Part shown: piece by piece, positions 1-8,439 of the stretch | How the letters are laid out: each line of letters starts with the position of its first letter | Position numbering within the stretch: the first letter of the stretch is position 1 | DNA from: Candidatus Omnitrophota bacterium | Lineage (GTDB): Bacteria; Omnitrophota; Gorgyraeia; Aquiviventales; Aquiviventaceae | Assembly (NCBI GenBank): GCA_016193175.1 | Contig: JACPSR010000142.1 | Location: 118,332 to 182,331 of the forward strand | DNA: 64,000 bases | Direction of reading: 5' to 3' | Notes under the pieces: model-generated | What the model was told of the DNA's origin: nothing | Database searches by the model: none | The model's input: only the letters and a program-made list of their open reading frames with translations | Program-made: the position numbers and the translations under genes

Positions 1-1
1 C

Positions 2-466
2 AAGCGGTTCGAGTTCACCTTCAAGGTCGTCGGCTCGGCGCGTCCGTTTCACCTTCCAGGGGTGGAGGTGATCCAGGAACCCTGGACGTTGGCAAAGGAC
101 GTGGCGTATTTCCAGGAGTTGGATATCGGCGTCTACCCCTTGCCCGTGGAGCCGTGGGTGTATGGAAAGACCGGGTTTAAGACGGTGCAGTACATGGCGG
201 TTGGGACGCCCTGTGTCGTGTCCAATGTGGGGCGAAACCGCGAGATCGTTCAGGACGGGGTCAATGGATTTCTGGCGGAGTCCGAGGAGGAATGGATTGA
301 GAAACTGGGGCGCCTCCTGGCCGATCCTGCATTGCGGGCCCGCTTCGGGTTGGCTGGCCGCAAGACCGTGGAAGAGCGATTCGCCATGCACCGGTATGTC
401 CCTTCGTATGTCAACATCCTCCGTCAGGACGCTGGGAAACGTTCTCCGGCGGGACGTGGAGTGTAA
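2..466 (+). CDS. Glycosyltransferase family 1 (GT-B/GT4-like), C-terminal part; the 5' end lies upstream of the window
   Basis: The frame is open from nt 2 with no start in the window. The block ..GKTGFKTVQYMAVGTPCVVSNVGRNREIVQDGVNGFLAESEEEW.. is the typical C-terminal nucleotide-sugar-binding region of GT1 enzymes. Stop TAA at 464-466. Confidence 0.8.
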   Translation, partial: KRFEFTFKVVGSARPFHLPGVEVIQEPWTLAKDVAYFQELDIGVYPLPVEPWVYGKTGFKTVQYMAVGTPCVVSNVGRNREIVQDGVNGFLAESEEEWIEKLGRLLADPALRARFGLAGRKTVEERFAMHRYVPSYVNILRQDAGKRSPAGRGV

Positions 467-475
467 GCGTCGCAG

Positions 476-3067
476 ATGGTCACGCCGTTCACCCCTCAGA
501 TCTGCGTGACCTTCCTGGTCATGAGTTGGGTGGGGGCACGGCTCATCCGGCGATTGGCCATGCCTGTGGCCGGCCCATGGGTCTGTCGCTTGCTGCTGGC
601 ATCCTACGGTCTGCGAGTCGTGCTGGCAGTGGTGTTCTTTGCCATTTCGTACTGGCGCCTCCCCATTCTTGATCCGTTGCAAGCGGAGATCCCGGGGTTC
701 TGGCAATTCGCGCCCGATGCGAGCGTGTACCACCTGTGTGGATTGCCGCTCGTGTCGGTGTGGCTCGCCGGTACGCCCATGCCCTACATCACGGGGCTCG
801 GGGTCGAGTATCTCGTGGTGGTGGCGGCGATCTACGCCTTCGTTGGGTCCCATCCGCTTTTGGCTACGGTTGTGAACTGCTTCCTGGGGACCTCGAGCGG
901 GCTGGTGGCCTTTTCGATCAGCCGGAGGCTCTCCGATGAGCGGTCGGCGGTGGTCAGCGGGCTGCTCGTGGGCTTTTGGCCATCCACGCTCATCTGGTCG
1001 AGTCAGCTCCTCAAAGATTCCCTGAGCCTGCTCCTCACGCTGGTGGTTCTCCTCTTGATCGTGCAGGCGTGTGCCGCTGTCCGTGATCGGCGCCGGATAG
1101 GGATCTTGCGGCTTATCGCCTGGTGTCTTGCCGTTGTAAGCTCAATCGTGTTGTTAACTCGGCTCCGGTTCTATCTGGGATCGATCCTCGCGCTGACGAT
1201 GCTCGTGGTCTTTTTTCCGGCAGCGACGAGCGCAGTCGTGAGGCGGCGTGTGAGTCTCGGCGTGGGGTACCTGGTCCTGGCGACCATGGTCGTGGTGTCC
1301 GTGCTGTTTGCTCGCGGCTTGGATACGGCACAGCTCCTGAGCTCAACCCAACCCGCGCCACGTCACTTCTGGTTGGGCATGCAGGCGTGGAACGCCGGCG
1401 AGCTCGCTAAGGCGATGGAAGAGTTCCGGCAGGCGCTCGCGCGGGATCCCTCTCGTGGAGACGCCTATCTCGCATTGGCGGCCGTCCACGTTCAAGAGAA
1501 ACACCTCGATGAAGCCGTTCATGTCTACCAGGAGTATCTCGCACTGGCACGAGCTGCCCCGCGTCGGCACGCAGAGGTGAGGTCCCTCATGGGACAGCTC
1601 CACATCGCGCGAGGTGACGTGGCGCTGAAGGAAAGCAACGTGATCAAGGCACAGGCGGCCTACGACGCGGCACTGGCCCTCGGCGCTGCTTCCAGCGCTC
1701 TCTACGAGCGCCTCGCCCTGGCGTTGGAAGGCCAAGGGCAGCTCGAGGAAGCTCTGGCCAGGGCCCAGCAGGCGCTCGAGGCAGCCGCCACACCCCAAGA
1801 GACGGATCGGCTTCATCAGATGCTGGGACGCCTCTCTGTAGCCCATGGCGACCAGTTCCTGGAGCATCGGCAGTTCGGGGAGGCGCAGGGAGCTTTTGAA
1901 CAGGCGCTGCGGTGGGTGGCGCCCACGGCCTCTCTCTACGAGCGCCTCGCCCTGGCGTTGGTGGGCCAAGGACAGATTGAGGCCGCGATCGCGCGGGCAA
2001 AAGAAGCGCTTGTCATGGCCGGGGGAGACTCTGAAGCGGTTGAGCGGGTCCGCCACACACTGGTGACCCTCTTAGTCGCCCATAGCAAGAAGTTGCTAGA
2101 GGCAGGAGAGCTGGAGGAGGCGCGGACCGTGTATGAGGAAGCATTGGTCGTGGGAGCTTCCCCCAGCCCTCTTGACGTGTACCTCCCCCTGGTGCGTAGA
2201 GGAGAGAGAGCGCCTGAGTTGGCGAGAGCACCTGAGCTGGCACACGTGATGCCTGAAGAAACATTGGCGATGGCCCCTGGCCGACCGCCAGAGGGCGCAG
2301 GGGCTCCTGCTGAGGTCTCGCTGCGCACACCTCCTGAGATCACAGAGGCTAGTCCCCCTGTCGCGGTCCTTGTTTCAGAAGCTTCCGACCCAGTCGCGGT
2401 CCTTGTTTCAGAAGCTTCCGATGAACGCTTCCAGGACCTCGCCGTAGCGCTCCTCTCAATGTCTCGGTCCAATATGAGCGCAAGCGCACTGGATGGTGCG
2501 AGACGATACGCAGCGGTTGTGGACAGCTTCCATCAACTCGATGCACAAGCGGTGTCAACCGTTCAGGAAACTACCCCGGAGGCGCTGGGTAGTCGACGCC
2601 AGGGATTTGTCACCAGTGGCGGGTACTCCCTCGTCGATCCACGCGCAATGATCTCTCAGCCCGGCCAACTCTTACGTTACCTGCCGCGCGCGCTGGCGAT
2701 TGGGCTGTTGGCGCCGTTTCCGTGGCAGTGGTTTGACGCGAAAGGCTCAACCGGCGTCATGCGCACATGGGCTGGTTTGGAGATGATGGTCCTCTACCTG
2801 CTGCTTCCTGCGATGTGGGTCGGTGCGCGGAGGCTTGCAGCTTCCCGTCGAATCGAAGCGTACGTTGTGCTGGCGTGGATTGTCCTGACCGCCATGCCGC
2901 TGTCCCTGGTGGTGGCGAATATGGGTACGCTCTTCCGTTTGCGGTTGGCGTTCGTGCTCCCCTTGCTGGTGGTTGCCGCTGAAGGCAAGCCCCTTGAGGT
3001 GTACTCCCGCCTGATCGCCAGGTGGGATCGGTTCCGACGGGAGAAAACGGAGGTCACCGTGTCGTGA
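476..3067 (+). CDS. Polytopic membrane protein: GT-C (ArnT/PMT-like) N-terminal region, a large central TPR insertion, and a C-terminal TM bundle
   Basis: 863-aa ORF. The N-terminal ~300 aa are hydrophobic helices with ArnT/PMT-like segments (..DASVYH.., ..FWPSTLIWSSQLLKDSL..). The central part is soluble TPR-like repeats (AWNAGELAKAMEEFRQALARDPSRGDAYLALAAVH..). A Pro/Ala-rich linker carries peptide repeats, and about 4 TM helices close the protein. Confidence 0.55.
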   Translation: MVTPFTPQICVTFLVMSWVGARLIRRLAMPVAGPWVCRLLLASYGLRVVLAVVFFAISYWRLPILDPLQAEIPGFWQFAPDASVYHLCGLPLVSVWLAGTPMPYITGLGVEYLVVVAAIYAFVGSHPLLATVVNCFLGTSSGLVAFSISRRLSDERSAVVSGLLVGFWPSTLIWSSQLLKDSLSLLLTLVVLLLIVQACAAVRDRRRIGILRLIAWCLAVVSSIVLLTRLRFYLGSILALTMLVVFFPAATSAVVRRRVSLGVGYLVLATMVVVSVLFARGLDTAQLLSSTQPAPRHFWLGMQAWNAGELAKAMEEFRQALARDPSRGDAYLALAAVHVQEKHLDEAVHVYQEYLALARAAPRRHAEVRSLMGQLHIARGDVALKESNVIKAQAAYDAALALGAASSALYERLALALEGQGQLEEALARAQQALEAAATPQETDRLHQMLGRLSVAHGDQFLEHRQFGEAQGAFEQALRWVAPTASLYERLALALVGQGQIEAAIARAKEALVMAGGDSEAVERVRHTLVTLLVAHSKKLLEAGELEEARTVYEEALVVGASPSPLDVYLPLVRRGERAPELARAPELAHVMPEETLAMAPGRPPEGAGAPAEVSLRTPPEITEASPPVAVLVSEASDPVAVLVSEASDERFQDLAVALLSMSRSNMSASALDGARRYAAVVDSFHQLDAQAVSTVQETTPEALGSRRQGFVTSGGYSLVDPRAMISQPGQLLRYLPRALAIGLLAPFPWQWFDAKGSTGVMRTWAGLEMMVLYLLLPAMWVGARRLAASRRIEAYVVLAWIVLTAMPLSLVVANMGTLFRLRLAFVLPLLVVAAEGKPLEVYSRLIARWDRFRREKTEVTVS
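1698..1961 (+). repeat. Intragenic duplication of a 234-bp (78-aa) TPR unit, marked by a 30-nt perfect direct repeat
   Basis: ctctctacgagcgcctcgccctggcgttgg occurs at 1698-1727 and again at 1932-1961. At protein level this is ..LYERLALALEGQGQLEEALARAQQALE.. versus ..LYERLALALVGQGQIEAAIARAKEALV.. Confidence 0.85.
2360..2421 (+). repeat. 33-bp tandem repeat (2 copies) inside the CDS
   Basis: The 29-nt perfect core gtcgcggtccttgtttcagaagcttccga occurs at 2360-2388 and 2393-2421, encoding VAVLVSEASDP / VAVLVSEASDE. A smaller RAPEL(A) x2 repeat lies at about 2205-2240. Confidence 0.9.
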
Positions 3068-5019
3068 TGTGCGGCATCGTCGGGATGCTCCAGTGGGATG
3101 GCCAAACGGTTGAGGAAGCCGTGTTGGCGGAAGCGCTGGCCAGCCTCTCACATCGCGGCCCTGAGGGAAGGGGACAGGTGGTGCTCAAGAACACTCCCAC
3201 GTGTTCGGTTGGGCTCGCCCATGCCAGGCTGAAGATCATCGACCTGTCTGAAGAGGCTTCGCAACCGATGTCGAACGACGATCAATCCGTCTGGATCGTG
3301 TTCAACGGCGAGATCTACAACTTTCTTGAGCTGCGCGCCTCGCTGCAGCAGCGCGGGGTGCGCTTTCGGACCGCCTCAGATACCGAGGTCCTCCTGCGGC
3401 TGTACGAAGCGGAGGGTGTGCGGTGTGTCGAGCGCCTCGAGGGGATGTTTGCCTTTGCCGTCTGGGATGCGCGGCGCCGACAGCTGCTGCTCGGTCGGGA
3501 CCGAGTCGGGAAAAAGCCGCTCTTCTACTCTGCTGATCCGGGGAGCGGACGGTTTGCATTCGCCTCTGAGATCAAGGCGCTGCTGCGTTATCCCCCGATC
3601 ATCCCTGAGGTGGATGCCGAAGCCCTGCCGGCCTTCTTCCTGTTCGGGTATGTTCCAACCCCTCACACGCTCTACCGTGGTATTTGCCAATTGCCACCAG
3701 GGCATCTCCTCACGCTGAGTGATGAGGGACGGTTGCGGATCGAAGCCTACTGGGATGTGCCGCTGGCTGCGCCAGCGGTGCATCGGGCGCCTTCCGAGGC
3801 CGAAGCGGTTGATCGGGTGCGAGCGTTGTTGACGGCTGCCGTGCGGAAGCGGCTCGTGGCTGATGTGCCCCTGGGGGCCTTCTTGAGCGGCGGCATCGAC
3901 TCGTCAATTATCGTGGGCTTGATGAGCAGGCTCCAGCGAGAGCCCGTGCGGACGTTTAGCATCGGGTTCAGCGGGGATTCGCGCTTTGACGAGACACGTT
4001 ACGCACGCCTGGTGGCACGGCACTTTGGCACGCAGCACACCGAGTTCCGAGTGGAGCCCTCAGCCGTCGAGCTCATTGAGCAGCTCGTGTGGCACTATGA
4101 TGGGCCGTTCGCAGACTCCTCGGCCATTCCGACCTACCTCCTGGCTCAACTGACGAAGGCGTATGTGACGGTGGCCCTGAACGGTGACGGGGGTGATGAA
4201 CTGTTCGCAGGCTATCTCCGATTTTGCGCGACCCTCTGGTCAGAGCGAGTCCCGCTGGCGCTGCGCCGCGCGGCGCGCTCGCTCCTCACCAACCTGCCGC
4301 CGTGGGGCGGACCCCGCAGTCTCTGGGGTCGCCTGCAGAAATTTGCCGGCAGCGCGGCGCTCCCGTTCAATGAGCGGTTCAGTCGATGGGTGGCCGTGTT
4401 CTATGAGGATCTCCCGCACCTGTGGACAGGCACGAACGGAGCCAGAGCGCCTCTCGCCGCTCTCGATCCGTACGTCCGTCGGTGCCGGGACGCATCACCT
4501 CTGACCCAGTTATTGTACCTGAACTTGAAGACCTACCTTCCGGACGATCTGCTGGTGAAGGCGGACCGCTGCTCGATGGCGCACGCGCTTGAGGCTCGCT
4601 CTCCCTTCCTCGACCGCGAGCTGCTGGAATACGTGTTCAGCCTGCCGGACGCGATGAAGCTCCATTGGGGGCGGACGAAGGTGATCCTCCGGCAGGCTTT
4701 TACCGACATGTTGCCTCAACCGGTGCTCCGGCGGGGAAAGATGGGCTTCGGCGTGCCGCTCCAGCGCTGGTTCCGGACTGATCTGAAGGAGTTCCTGCAG
4801 GATGTCCTGTTGTCGTCCAGTGCTTGCTGGCGGCAGTACCTCGATGCCTCCTATGTCGGTTCGTTGGTGCGGACCCATGTGTCGGGCCGGGCGGATCATT
4901 CCCACCGGCTGTGGACGCTGTTGACCTTTGAGGTGTGGCTTCGGAACGTGTCCTTGAAGGCCGACGGCCACCCCGCCGGGCTTCCAGCTGCCGGCAAAAA
5001 ACTCCTTGTGCGGAACTGA
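3067..5019 (+). CDS. asnB: Asparagine synthase (glutamine-hydrolysing) family amidotransferase, copy 1
   Basis: The start was moved to ATG 3067 so the protein begins MCGIVGM.., with the Cys2 nucleophile of class-II glutamine amidotransferases. This ATG shares 1 nt with the upstream TGA. The pyrophosphatase motif ..AFLSGGIDSS.. is present, and the length (650 aa) fits AsnB-type enzymes. Confidence 0.9.
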   Translation: MCGIVGMLQWDGQTVEEAVLAEALASLSHRGPEGRGQVVLKNTPTCSVGLAHARLKIIDLSEEASQPMSNDDQSVWIVFNGEIYNFLELRASLQQRGVRFRTASDTEVLLRLYEAEGVRCVERLEGMFAFAVWDARRRQLLLGRDRVGKKPLFYSADPGSGRFAFASEIKALLRYPPIIPEVDAEALPAFFLFGYVPTPHTLYRGICQLPPGHLLTLSDEGRLRIEAYWDVPLAAPAVHRAPSEAEAVDRVRALLTAAVRKRLVADVPLGAFLSGGIDSSIIVGLMSRLQREPVRTFSIGFSGDSRFDETRYARLVARHFGTQHTEFRVEPSAVELIEQLVWHYDGPFADSSAIPTYLLAQLTKAYVTVALNGDGGDELFAGYLRFCATLWSERVPLALRRAARSLLTNLPPWGGPRSLWGRLQKFAGSAALPFNERFSRWVAVFYEDLPHLWTGTNGARAPLAALDPYVRRCRDASPLTQLLYLNLKTYLPDDLLVKADRCSMAHALEARSPFLDRELLEYVFSLPDAMKLHWGRTKVILRQAFTDMLPQPVLRRGKMGFGVPLQRWFRTDLKEFLQDVLLSSSACWRQYLDASYVGSLVRTHVSGRADHSHRLWTLLTFEVWLRNVSLKADGHPAGLPAAGKKLLVRN

Positions 5020-5024
5020 CGGAG

Positions 5025-5062
5025 TGTTATAAAATGTGTCGACTGTTCATATTTTGAACACT
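5025..5062. promoter_or_regulatory. AT-rich imperfect palindrome; candidate promoter/operator of the EPS-type MarR regulator
   Basis: gtgttataaaatgtgtcgactgttcatattttgaacac has arms GTGTTATAAAAT and ATATTTTGAACAC around a central gtcgac. It contains -10-like hexamers TATAAA (5029-5034) and TATTTT (5051-5056). It is the only AT-rich intergenic stretch in the first 15 kb and ends 2 nt before the ATG at 5065. Confidence 0.4.
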
Positions 5063-5064
5063 GA

Positions 5065-5736
5065 ATGGATCTGGACGCCTACCGCCACCTTCAGCTCTTG
5101 ACCGAGATTTCTTCCAACGATTCGGTCACGCAGCGCCGCCTCGCCAAACGCTATCGTCTCGCGCTGGGCCTGACCAACTTTCTCATCCGCCGATTAGTCA
5201 ACAAGGGCTATGTCAAGATCATCAACCTCCAGCGCAAGCGCCTGCGCTATCTCATTACGCCCAAAGGGGTGGCCGAAAAAGCGCGATTGACCTACGAGTA
5301 TCTCGACTACTCCCTCGCCCTGTACCGGCACCTCCGGGCTTTTCTGATGCAAACCCTCTCCGCCATCCTTGAGTCCAAACGGACGAAAACCGTGTTGTTC
5401 GGCACAGGGGAGTTGGCGCAGATCGCATTGCTCGCCATGCAGGAGCGCGGCCTGCAGGTCGTGGCGGTGGTGACAGATAAGCCCTCCAATGGCAGCGAGT
5501 CATTTTTGGGCCACCCGGTGCGCCATGTGACGGCGCTTTCGAACCTGGCGTTCGATTGGCTTGTGCTGGCGGTCTTCAGGGACCATCAGCGGATCATCCC
5601 GCTGTTATGCCGTGCTGGCGTGGCGAGAGAAAAGATCTTGACCATCCCCGGTCGCGACACCTCCACTGCGCCTCGTGTCTCTGGCGGTTCCACGCTGGAA
5701 GAGCCCAGCGTATTTTCTGAGGCGCTTGTCCGATGA
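5065..5736 (+). CDS. MarR-type winged-helix regulator of the EPS-associated class, with a C-terminal Rossmann-like domain
   Basis: The N-terminus ..LLTEISSNDSVTQRRLAKRYRLALGLTNFLIRRLVNKGYVKIINLQRKRLRYLITPKGVAEKARLT.. matches the pattern I recall for EPS-associated MarR regulators (..LTPKGIAEKARLT..). The C-terminal ~120 aa (..TVLFGTGELAQIALLAMQERGLQVVAVV..) look like a nucleotide-binding fold. Confidence 0.7.
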   Translation: MDLDAYRHLQLLTEISSNDSVTQRRLAKRYRLALGLTNFLIRRLVNKGYVKIINLQRKRLRYLITPKGVAEKARLTYEYLDYSLALYRHLRAFLMQTLSAILESKRTKTVLFGTGELAQIALLAMQERGLQVVAVVTDKPSNGSESFLGHPVRHVTALSNLAFDWLVLAVFRDHQRIIPLLCRAGVAREKILTIPGRDTSTAPRVSGGSTLEEPSVFSEALVR

Positions 5737-7586
5737 GCGCACAGGAAGCCCCTCGACCGATCCGCCACGGCCTCTGGGCGTTAGCGCGATTTCTCAGGCC
5801 CTACCGCTGGAGAGTCAGCGGACTCATCGTGTTGGGAATCGTGGCCTCATTTTTGGAGACGGTGGGTATCAGCCTCCTGATTCCTGTCCTCGGAGGGTTA
5901 TCTCCGCACAGCGCCATGAAGGCGATGACGGGACATTTCCTCATGGATGCGCTCAGCCATCCCTTTGCTCAGGTCCCGCCGGCGCAGCGGCTCCAGGTGA
6001 TCGTCACCACCATGCTTGGGCTGATTCTCCTGAAGAATCTCGTCAGCTACGTCCTTGCCGTGTGGACCGAGGGGACGGTGATCAGCGTGGAGCGCGACCT
6101 CAGTCTCCGAGTCTTTGACCGGCTCATGACCGGCACAAGCTACCGGCTGATCGCCCGATGCCCGGTGGGTCAGCTGCTGACGCGGCTCCAGAGCGAACCG
6201 GAGCGAGCGGCCCTCGCCCTCCAGGGCCTCATCCAGATGCTCTCGACTCTGTGCTTGACCACGGCCTATGGCGTCCTGCTGCTCCTGATCTCCTGGCCGC
6301 TCACATTGCTGACGGTGGCGTTGCTCCTCGGACTCTCGTGGCTGCTCCGATGGCCGGCCCATCGTGCCAATGCCATCGGCGGGCGCAGGAGCCAGGCGAT
6401 CGCCGAGGTGTCTCAGGCGGGTGTGGAAGCCCTGTCAGGCATGCGCGTCGTGCGGGCCTTTGGACGCGAAGCCTTTGAGCAGAGCCGCTACCGCGATCGA
6501 TTGCGCTGCGTCAACGCCCTCCAGCTGCGAGGCGCTGGACTGGTGCATCTACCTTTCCCGTTGGCCGAGTCGCTCAGCATGACGGTGCTGGCTGTCTTCC
6601 TGGTGATGGCAGCACCCCGCCTCGTGGTGCAGGGCGGTCAGATGCTTCCGTTGCTGCTCACGTTCCTCTTCGTGTTGTATCGTCTGTTGCCGCGCGTGGC
6701 CTACTTCCATGCGACCTGGGTGATGACTGCGCTGTATATGGCCGGGGCCTCGGCTGTGGCGCGCACCCTTGGCCCTCAAGAAGCTTCAGCTCCAGTGAGC
6801 GGCCAACAACCATTCGATCGGCTGCAGAGTGGTATTCGGTTGGAACACGTCACCTTCACCTACCAGGCCGAGGAAGGTGCTGTCGTGAAGGATCTCTGCC
6901 TCGAGATCCCCGCCGGACGCACCACGGCCTTAGTGGGGGTATCAGGCGTGGGCAAGTCCACGCTCGTGGATCTTCTCCTGCGGTTCTATGACCCGGATAC
7001 GGGACGCATTACAGTGGATGGAATCGATCTGCGTGAGCTGAGTCTGACCCAGTGGCGCGCGGCGATTGGGGTGGTAAACCAGGATACGTTCATGTTTCAC
7101 GCCACGATCCGGGAGAACATCGCCTATGGCAACCCCCACGCCACGCAAGAAGAAATTCGTGAGGCAGCCCGCCGGGCGCATGCGCATGACTTCATTGTGG
7201 CCATGGCACGCGGCTACGACACCATTGTGGGAGACCGCGGGGTGCGGCTCTCCGCGGGGCAGCGGCAGCGACTGGCGATCGCGCGGGCCATCCTGCGCAA
7301 TCCACAGGTATTAATCCTGGATGAAGCCACCAGTGCTTTGGACAGCGCTTCTGAGCGCCACCTTCAGGAGGCGCTGGCGGAATTACGCTCACAACGGACG
7401 GTGCTAGTGATTGCGCATCGTCTCTCGACCGTGGCTGATGCGGATCACATTGCCGTGCTCAAGGAGGGACGGGTGGTGGAGCGCGGGACGCACACGGAGT
7501 TGATGGCTCGCGACGGACACTACGCCGCCTTTTGGCGCCTTCAGTCTCCACCGCGGGAGCCGATGGAACATCCGGTGACGGTCTGA
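5733..7586 (+). CDS. ABC exporter, fused permease + ATPase (MsbA/PglK-type half transporter)
   Basis: 617 aa. The N-terminal ~300 aa are a six-helix TMD. Walker A is GVSGVGKST, the signature is LSAGQRQR, Walker B is LILDEATSALD, and the H-loop is VIAHRLS. ATGA overlap with the upstream stop. Confidence 0.9.
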   Translation: MSAQEAPRPIRHGLWALARFLRPYRWRVSGLIVLGIVASFLETVGISLLIPVLGGLSPHSAMKAMTGHFLMDALSHPFAQVPPAQRLQVIVTTMLGLILLKNLVSYVLAVWTEGTVISVERDLSLRVFDRLMTGTSYRLIARCPVGQLLTRLQSEPERAALALQGLIQMLSTLCLTTAYGVLLLLISWPLTLLTVALLLGLSWLLRWPAHRANAIGGRRSQAIAEVSQAGVEALSGMRVVRAFGREAFEQSRYRDRLRCVNALQLRGAGLVHLPFPLAESLSMTVLAVFLVMAAPRLVVQGGQMLPLLLTFLFVLYRLLPRVAYFHATWVMTALYMAGASAVARTLGPQEASAPVSGQQPFDRLQSGIRLEHVTFTYQAEEGAVVKDLCLEIPAGRTTALVGVSGVGKSTLVDLLLRFYDPDTGRITVDGIDLRELSLTQWRAAIGVVNQDTFMFHATIRENIAYGNPHATQEEIREAARRAHAHDFIVAMARGYDTIVGDRGVRLSAGQRQRLAIARAILRNPQVLILDEATSALDSASERHLQEALAELRSQRTVLVIAHRLSTVADADHIAVLKEGRVVERGTHTELMARDGHYAAFWRLQSPPREPMEHPVTV

Positions 7587-7596
7587 TGGAGGTTCG

Positions 7597-8439
7597 ATGA
7601 TCCCACGCCCTAGCAGTCCCGCCGAAGGCGGGGTCGCACGACGACCAGAGGATTGCAACAGCAGGTGCGACGGCTCCACCAAGGGTGGAGCCCTGCCAGG
7701 GCGTGGGATGAGGACAAGACGATCGCGCCTGGCGATGCAGGTCCTGGTGTTCGCCGGTCTTGGCGCCGGCATGTGTTGGGCGTTGACGATCCCCGCGTTC
7801 ACGCGACAAGGGATCAACTTTCAGGTCTCGACCCATCAGGTTCCCTTGTACGTTAAGGCGGTGGACTTCCTCCATCGACACTACCAGTATGGCCTGCTGG
7901 CTCATGAGATCACACACGGCCTGCCGACGGATCACGAACGCGCGCTCGCCGTTTTCGCGTGGACGCGACAGCGCATCCGCCCCACCCCGGACGGGTGGCC
8001 GGTCATGGATGACCATATCCTGCACATCATCATTCGAGGGCACGGCCTTGAAGATCAGATGGCTGACGTGTTCACGACGTTGTGCACCTACGCCGGAGTA
8101 CCGGCGTTTTGGTACATCGTCAAGCTGCCGGCGGCGAAGCGCAATCTCATCCTCTCCTTTGCTCGAGTGGATGGACGGTGGGCGGTGTTCGATGTCGGGA
8201 ATGGATTTGTTTTCACCGACCGATCAGGAACCTTGGCGAGCAAGGAGGAGTTGGCGGCCGATCCAGAGCTCGTGCGCCTGACGGCAGGGGAGTTCCAGTA
8301 CGGGGGCGGTCCGTATGCGCGGTATTTTTCCAACCTGGCCTCTTTGAAGGCTCCTCGCACGCTTCGGGCGGAACTGCAGATGCCGTGGCGTCGATTCTGG
8401 CATGAGGTTCGCGATGCCCTTGGGTGGGGCCACGCATGA
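7597..8439 (+). CDS. Membrane-anchored transglutaminase-like-fold protein; catalytic residues not evident
   Basis: GGAGG lies 4 nt upstream of ATG 7597. A TM segment (..LAMQVLVFAGLGAGMCWALTIPAF..) is present. The block ..QMADVFTTLCTYAGVPAFWYIV..ILSFARVDGRWAVFDVGNGF.. resembles the transglutaminase core (C..FA..GIPAR / H.W.E....W..FD), but non-Cys and non-His residues occupy the expected positions. Confidence 0.4.
   Translation: MIPRPSSPAEGGVARRPEDCNSRCDGSTKGGALPGRGMRTRRSRLAMQVLVFAGLGAGMCWALTIPAFTRQGINFQVSTHQVPLYVKAVDFLHRHYQYGLLAHEITHGLPTDHERALAVFAWTRQRIRPTPDGWPVMDDHILHIIIRGHGLEDQMADVFTTLCTYAGVPAFWYIVKLPAAKRNLILSFARVDGRWAVFDVGNGFVFTDRSGTLASKEELAADPELVRLTAGEFQYGGGPYARYFSNLASLKAPRTLRAELQMPWRRFWHEVRDALGWGHA

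Noticed and set aside
2360-2421. Possible CRISPR-like or minisatellite array (33-bp repeat).
   Set aside because: There are only two copies and no spacers. The repeat lies in frame inside a coding region (an 11-aa peptide repeat), and there are no cas genes.
3067-7586. Exosortase/PEP-CTERM-type EPS system, suggested by the AsnB paralog plus EPS-type MarR regulator.
   Set aside because: No exosortase, PEP-CTERM protein, Wzc-like kinase or EpsH-type gene is recognisable in the window. The association remains only a possible genomic context outside the window.
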